A DNA stretch of 64,000 bases from a virus. Taxonomy: Duplodnaviria > Caudoviricetes. Below, in pieces: positions 59,115-64,000 of the stretch. Made by a program: the position numbers and the translations under genes. The DNA is taken from the IMG/VR virus record IMGVR_UViG_3300033121_001676, positions 32,001 through 96,000 of that record; one strand, written 5' to 3'. The notes under the pieces were generated by a model that saw only the letters and a list, made by a program, of their open reading frames with translations, did not search any database and had not been told where the DNA came from. How positions within the stretch are numbered: the stretch's first letter is position 1; every line of letters starts with the position of its first letter.

Positions 59115-59510
59115 ATGAGTCCTGCAAAGGGTGGCGGTGGTCGGATGGGCAAGGGGCCGAAGAAGGCCACGAAGACCTCGAAGCCGAACGTGACTTCGGT
59201 CGCGGAGGGCAGCGTCTTCATCTGCAAGATGGGCGAAACTCCCATCGAGGTGAAGGACGTTTCGGCCGGGACCAGGATGGTGGACGTGCTCCGCCGTGCC
59301 GTGTTCCCGCCGGGCGTGATCAAGGGCCGTGGTGGGCGTGACATCAGCAACGTCATCGAGGCCGCCGAGGCCGACGTTGCTGCCGGGCGCATCGGCAACA
59401 TCGGGCAGGCGTTCAACACTGTGCGCGTGAACGCGCAGCCCGCGACCCTCGAGACGCTCATCAACCCCGGGGACCAGATTTCGCTGATTCCCAACATCAC
59501 CGGCGGCTGA
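59115..59510 (+). CDS. Ubiquitin-like (ThiS/MoaD beta-grasp) protein ending in GG
   Basis: AAGGA RBS; VRVNAQPATLETLINPGDQISLIPNITGG-stop; basic N-terminal tail; GC-rich. Confidence 0.85.
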   Translation: MSPAKGGGGRMGKGPKKATKTSKPNVTSVAEGSVFICKMGETPIEVKDVSAGTRMVDVLRRAVFPPGVIKGRGGRDISNVIEAAEADVAAGRIGNIGQAFNTVRVNAQPATLETLINPGDQISLIPNITGG

Positions 59511-59513
59511 GAA

Positions 59514-59559
59514 CCAAAAAATACCCGGCACCTTTCTGGTGTCGGGTATTTTTTTTTGG
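59514..59559 (+). terminator. Intrinsic terminator between Ubl and E2 genes
   Basis: ATACCCGGCACC-TTTCT-GGTGTCGGGTAT stem, T9 run (59549-59557), A-tract in front. Confidence 0.85.
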
Positions 59560-59569
59560 AGCAAATGGA

Positions 59570-60961
59570 ATGAGCACTGCAATTACCGGATTCACCAAAA
59601 CAACATTCCAGGGTAAACTTCCCGAGGATTGTTCTTCATTTGCCCCAATGCTCAATGGTGAGTTGCGTGAAGAGTTCGAAACAGCTCTCAGTGGAATGGC
59701 TGTTGAGTTCAAGAGAAATCTGGAAATTGTTGGAACTTCTCATTACCCGCAATTTTTCAAAGAAGATGATCCAATTATCGCATTGAGGAAGCCAAAGACA
59801 ATCTTCATCCACCCGTTCTCATTGCCAGATGGCAGCACACCTGAATTCAAGGAACTTTCGGAAGAGCTTGTTGTTACCAAGAAGAAGTATAAGCTTCGCG
59901 GACTTCAAAGGGACGCGATGGTTTATAGCGGTCCGAAGATTGTCGGATTCCTCATGCTTTCTGGTGACAAAGTTGGTGATTCAAAAGGTGATGTGCTTAC
60001 GCTTTTTCATGCACACCACATCTACTTCGTTGCTGATTTCTTCGATATGTCCGGTGGTGAGTGGGAAACACTTACTCCCGAAGACAAGATTGCTACTGCT
60101 CGTGAATCCTTCGAAATGATCCTGGATATTCTTGAGATTTCGATCAAGTGTATGCAGGAAAAGTTCAAACTGGATGATTTCGAAGCTCTTGAATCACAGA
60201 GGATCGAGAAAATAAAGAATTCTTGGGTTGCAAATTATCCGAAATTGGTTGAATTGAAGAATAAGGGACTTAAAGATACCTATCTTGCAGAAAGAGATAG
60301 GTTAGTGACAATGGAAGAAGAGTATCGTGTTGCTTGTGACAATTACCAGAATGCGAAGAGAAATTATGATGATGCTGTGTTGAATTCTGGTTCCATTGCA
60401 GCGGTTTCAAATGACAGAATGTTTGCTGGTTTGATGAATAGTTTCTATGAATCGATTGATATTGATACTTCTGCGAAGTGTATTGTGGCATTGACAAAGA
60501 TGATCTTTATTCGTGAATCTGGAAGAATTTACGCAATTGGACAGATCAAAATCAGAATTCCGCTTGAAACAAGTGCGTCTATTGTTGCTGAAAACATTGC
60601 CCCAATGACTATTTCTGGTGAAAGGATTCACCACCCACACATCAACGGGAGTGGTGGAATTTGTCTCGGCAACACGCACAGTGTTGTTTCTGATTTGAGG
60701 AAGAAAGGAAGTATCCTTGAACTGCTTGAACTGTTGGGCAGTTTCATGTTTTCATATAATGTGAAGAGCGTCTTCACAAAGATCACTGTGTTTAAGGATG
60801 TTACTGAACAATTCAGTGAAGAAGAGATTGCTTACGATAATGATCAAAACAGAGAAGAGAAGAGTGCGGCAAATGCCGAACAGCTGATCAATGTTTTGAG
60901 AAGAGCGGCTGCACCAGCTCCAGTAACAGCTATTCCTCCAGTTGAGACGGGAGGTGTTTGA
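59570..60961 (+). CDS. E2/UBC-like conjugating enzyme with N-terminal domain and coiled coil
   Basis: HHPHINGSGGICLG matches the E2 HPN(x)nC active-site pattern (Cys365), followed by helices as in the UBC fold. Confidence 0.7.
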   Translation: MSTAITGFTKTTFQGKLPEDCSSFAPMLNGELREEFETALSGMAVEFKRNLEIVGTSHYPQFFKEDDPIIALRKPKTIFIHPFSLPDGSTPEFKELSEELVVTKKKYKLRGLQRDAMVYSGPKIVGFLMLSGDKVGDSKGDVLTLFHAHHIYFVADFFDMSGGEWETLTPEDKIATARESFEMILDILEISIKCMQEKFKLDDFEALESQRIEKIKNSWVANYPKLVELKNKGLKDTYLAERDRLVTMEEEYRVACDNYQNAKRNYDDAVLNSGSIAAVSNDRMFAGLMNSFYESIDIDTSAKCIVALTKMIFIRESGRIYAIGQIKIRIPLETSASIVAENIAPMTISGERIHHPHINGSGGICLGNTHSVVSDLRKKGSILELLELLGSFMFSYNVKSVFTKITVFKDVTEQFSEEEIAYDNDQNREEKSAANAEQLINVLRRAAAPAPVTAIPPVETGGV

Positions 60962-60962
60962 A

Positions 60963-62978
60963 ATGGGTCGTAGCAAAATGAGAAAGAGGTCTCGTTCCGG
61001 TTTTGTTTCAAATACATCCTACAGCCACAAAATTCCTGAAAACATTCCGTTCACGCCAAGAATTCGAAGAGCAATTAGCGTTCCGAGCAATCGGAATTTG
61101 AACGAAAAAGGTCTTCGTGTATATATTCCTCTCAGGGTGTATCAGAAGATGCTTGCTTTGACCATGGTTGCGACTTCGGAAACGAGCGCAATGGGCGTCG
61201 TTCACTTGGAAAAAGATGGTGAACGCACGACATTTGGTCAAGAAATTTGGGTAGATGACATTCATTACGTTCATAACACTTCAAGCTCTGCTTCGACAAC
61301 CCTTGATGCTGGAGATCTTTCAAGATTGCAAATTGAATTGATGCAATCTGGCATTGATTTGCTTGGATTCAGATTGTGGTTTCACACGCACTACAATTTC
61401 AATGTTTTCTGGTCTGGCACTGATAAGAATACAGCTATCAATGTGCTTGAAAACTCACGTTGGACGTTGAGTATTGTGATGAACCAGAAGCAAGAACTTC
61501 TGGCTCGCGTTGATAAGTACCGTCCAACGCATGTTGAATATGATAATGTTCCAATCTATATTGTTAATGATGTTCGCAAATCGCAATGGGATCTTTGGTG
61601 TGAAGAGGCAAAATCAAAGATCAATACCAGTGTGATTGACACTTCAAACAAGATACTTTCAAAAGAGTTTGAAGAGTACATGCGTTCTCAAGGAATGGTT
61701 GTTGATAATACTGATGTGAAAAAGGTTGAGAGTGAGGTTGAAGTTGTTGCTGATCCGTTTGGCATTCCACAAGATAATCGTCCTACTGGCGGGAATATCC
61801 TTTATCTTCCTGGCAGTGAGGTGAGTGATGAAGAAAATGAACTTCTTGCTCATTTCGGAATTGTGGAAGATACAATTGGTCTGATTGAAAATGAAGTTGA
61901 GCCTCCAGAAGTTGAAGATACACAAGATACTGAAGTTGATGGAGAAAAGACATACTTTGAATATTCATGCAGTTGTGGTAATGAAATGCTTGTTGATAAT
62001 GATGATTTGAAATTCCGGTGTTCTGGTTGTAAGCAATTGTTCGTGAACAATGATGCTGTTCAAAGAAAAGAGATTGAAAACCAGAAGAAGAAAGAGTCTG
62101 TTGTTGTAAAAGTTGCGAATCCTGCCGCAGATGGTGACGAGTTGTATAATTTCGCGATTAGGGTCAAAAAATTCTTGCTTGAAACACCAGCACATCTGGA
62201 TGATTTCATTGGTGTCACTAACAAAGATATTATTCCACCAGAAAAGAGCGATTGTGAAAATTATATCGCTACTGTGTTGGAGAGTTTTACGATTACGAAA
62301 GAGCCAGAATTGATTGCTCGTAGTGATTTCTATAAGAGAAAGGTTGATGATGAACTGAGGTTCTTTGGATCGTATGGAATTTTCAGGATGTATTATTCCA
62401 GGAAGACAAAGAAGATCCTTGCTTGCAGAGAACACCCGACAATTGATACTACGATTAACATTCCATTCAAATCATTCATTAGTGGTGAGATGGTTAAGGA
62501 ATGTTGTATTCCTGTTTTGAATAAAAATGGTGTATTGACTATACGGAGTCTCGCGTGCTCGGATCGATCTGATGATCTTAGATACTACTATAATGTGATT
62601 AAAAAGTCATTCTTTTACAATTTCCTTCCTACGATCAAAGATGAAAGAACGGAATGCCCGAATACCGTTCCAATTGAAACACTCCCAAATAATGATCTGA
62701 AAAAGATCATTACCAGTGCGTTGAAATTTGTTGGTGAAAAAGAAAAAACGATTCGACTTGAACAGAGATCGAATCGAAATGGAATGTCTGTTGATACTGG
62801 TAGGGATACCAGACCATCACAAAGCTATATTTCTGGTGGAACTTACAAACGTGATGATTATATCTACCATGGTGGATACTATGGTGGGAATTATCAAGGT
62901 GGCTACTACAACAGGGAACGTGATGAGCTCGAACGTGTGTTCTTGAGGCTTGATCCGGAAAACATCAGCAACGATTGA
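60963..62978 (+). CDS. JAB/JAMM (MPN+) metallopeptidase with long C-terminal extension
   Basis: GGAGG RBS; ETSAMG and WFHTHYNFNVFWSGTD (E...HxH-x7-S-x2-D); acidic linker; CSC...CSGC ribbon. Confidence 0.85.
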   Translation: MGRSKMRKRSRSGFVSNTSYSHKIPENIPFTPRIRRAISVPSNRNLNEKGLRVYIPLRVYQKMLALTMVATSETSAMGVVHLEKDGERTTFGQEIWVDDIHYVHNTSSSASTTLDAGDLSRLQIELMQSGIDLLGFRLWFHTHYNFNVFWSGTDKNTAINVLENSRWTLSIVMNQKQELLARVDKYRPTHVEYDNVPIYIVNDVRKSQWDLWCEEAKSKINTSVIDTSNKILSKEFEEYMRSQGMVVDNTDVKKVESEVEVVADPFGIPQDNRPTGGNILYLPGSEVSDEENELLAHFGIVEDTIGLIENEVEPPEVEDTQDTEVDGEKTYFEYSCSCGNEMLVDNDDLKFRCSGCKQLFVNNDAVQRKEIENQKKKESVVVKVANPAADGDELYNFAIRVKKFLLETPAHLDDFIGVTNKDIIPPEKSDCENYIATVLESFTITKEPELIARSDFYKRKVDDELRFFGSYGIFRMYYSRKTKKILACREHPTIDTTINIPFKSFISGEMVKECCIPVLNKNGVLTIRSLACSDRSDDLRYYYNVIKKSFFYNFLPTIKDERTECPNTVPIETLPNNDLKKIITSALKFVGEKEKTIRLEQRSNRNGMSVDTGRDTRPSQSYISGGTYKRDDYIYHGGYYGGNYQGGYYNRERDELERVFLRLDPENISND

Positions 62979-62985
62979 GGACAAG

Positions 62986-63693
62986 ATGGGCATTGTCGAA
63001 CGTGATGAACAGTTCATGCGCCAGAAGGATTTCCTCCCTCACAACCTTTGGGATGATGTGAGGATCCACTTCGTTGGTGTTGGTGGTATCGGGAGTGCAG
63101 CAGCTTTTGTTCTTGGCAAGATCGGTGCAAGGAAGATCAACCTCTACGACCCAGATACCATTGAACGCCACAACATCTCGAACCAGATGCTCAGTGCAAC
63201 GGAAGACAAGATTGGTCTTCCGAAGGTTGCAGATCTTGGCGGCATTCTTCTCGATCTTTGCAATGATGAAATTGATGTGAAGGCGTATAAGAGAAAGGTT
63301 GATGAACAACTTGGTTTTGTTTTTGAACAAGGTGAACGCAACATCGTAATCTGTGGCCCTGACAACATGAAGACACGCAAGTTCGTCTGGGAACTTGTCA
63401 AGGGCAACGAAAATGTCATTTGCTATATTGATGGAAGAATGGCGACGAGAATCTTCAAGCTTTATAGCATTGACCCGAATGATGCAGAATCTTACGAATC
63501 TTACGAAAAGACACTGCACAGTGATGAGGATGCCGAACCACTCCCTTGCAGTGATCGATCTGTGTTCCACACAAATATGATTCTTGCAAGTACCATTGCA
63601 GAGATGGTGCGCAGATTCATTACTCCTGATTCTGCGCCGTACCACCAAGAGATCTTGTTTGACCTCATCAACCTTGGATGGATAATTGACTAA
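62986..63693 (+). CDS. ThiF/E1-like activating enzyme
   Basis: FMRQ, VGVGGIGS, YDPDTIERHNISNQ, GLPKV, GPDN, YIDGRM, PLPC. Confidence 0.9.
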   Translation: MGIVERDEQFMRQKDFLPHNLWDDVRIHFVGVGGIGSAAAFVLGKIGARKINLYDPDTIERHNISNQMLSATEDKIGLPKVADLGGILLDLCNDEIDVKAYKRKVDEQLGFVFEQGERNIVICGPDNMKTRKFVWELVKGNENVICYIDGRMATRIFKLYSIDPNDAESYESYEKTLHSDEDAEPLPCSDRSVFHTNMILASTIAEMVRRFITPDSAPYHQEILFDLINLGWIID

Positions 63694-64000
63694 TGATTTG
63701 TAGAAAGTGTGCGATTCAATACAGTGGTACACATGTTTGCAATTTCAAACTCGGAGATTTCAAAGTTTTCAAGAGAATCCGCAATACTGAATTTGTAATA
63801 GTTGCAGAATATGGTAGATTTCCACTTTTTCCAATGAATGGTCATACTTATAATGATTTGATTTCTCGTGATCAACAATTGATTCATTTCAAAAGTTCGA
63901 TAATTATCGATGATTTTGCAATCAAAATTAAAAGTGATCCTTTTGCAAATGCTATATTGTTCAAAAAGAAAACTGCTACAGTTGATTTGAATAGTGTTGC
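63693..64000 (+). CDS. Partial ORF coupled to E1, with N-terminal CxxC...HxC
   Basis: TAATG overlap; MICRKCAIQYSGTHVCNFKLGDFKVF... stays open to the window end; absent from the ORF track. Confidence 0.6.
   Translation, partial: MICRKCAIQYSGTHVCNFKLGDFKVFKRIRNTEFVIVAEYGRFPLFPMNGHTYNDLISRDQQLIHFKSSIIIDDFAIKIKSDPFANAILFKKKTATVDLNSV

Noticed and set aside
58977-59582. Long minus-strand and alternative-frame ORFs over the Ubl gene (similarly 62965-63732 over E1)
   Set aside because: Shadow ORFs from GC-rich codon bias; the + frames carry the RBS and family motifs.
59115-63693. Thiamine or molybdopterin biosynthesis (thiS-thiF, moaD-moeB)
   Set aside because: No thiG, moaE, cysteine desulfurase or rhodanese in the window, and an E2-like gene is present.

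Overview
This window is a 64-kb internal segment of a large, AT-rich tailed dsDNA phage genome (siphovirus-type: tail tube and tape measure, no sheath gene seen). It uses the standard code and essentially all genes are on the + strand. Modules in order: (1) 1-17.7 kb, a truncated glycoside-hydrolase-like gene, then neck, tail tube, a -1-frameshifted tail chaperone, tape measure, a six-repeat distal-tail-like protein and a 2018-aa tail-tip protein; (2) 17.7-19.6 kb, putative lysis genes; (3) 19.6-41.5 kb, replication, recombination and transcription genes: intein-containing SF2 helicase, candidate origin, DnaC, DnaB, primase, two sigma-like proteins, a DnaE split into PHP and polymerase genes on either side of dnaN, SSB, RecA, SbcD/RuvC-like/SbcC; (4) 41.5-45.6 kb, RNA genes: tRNA-Arg/Thr/Pro, a tmRNA with a long tag, and two unassigned structured RNA candidates; (5) 43-53 kb, about seven glycosyltransferases; (6) 53.4-59 kb, a 7-deazaguanine DNA-modification pathway (queD, queE, queC, folE, queF, dpdA-like); (7) 59.1-64 kb, an apparently complete phage-encoded ubiquitin-like conjugation operon. 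That operon has a GC-rich Ubl ending in GG followed by its own terminator, an E2-like protein, a JAB/JAMM peptidase, a ThiF/E1 and a coupled fifth Cys/His gene. It is the best candidate for a novel system. All calls come from reading motifs by eye; no database searches or folding programs were run.
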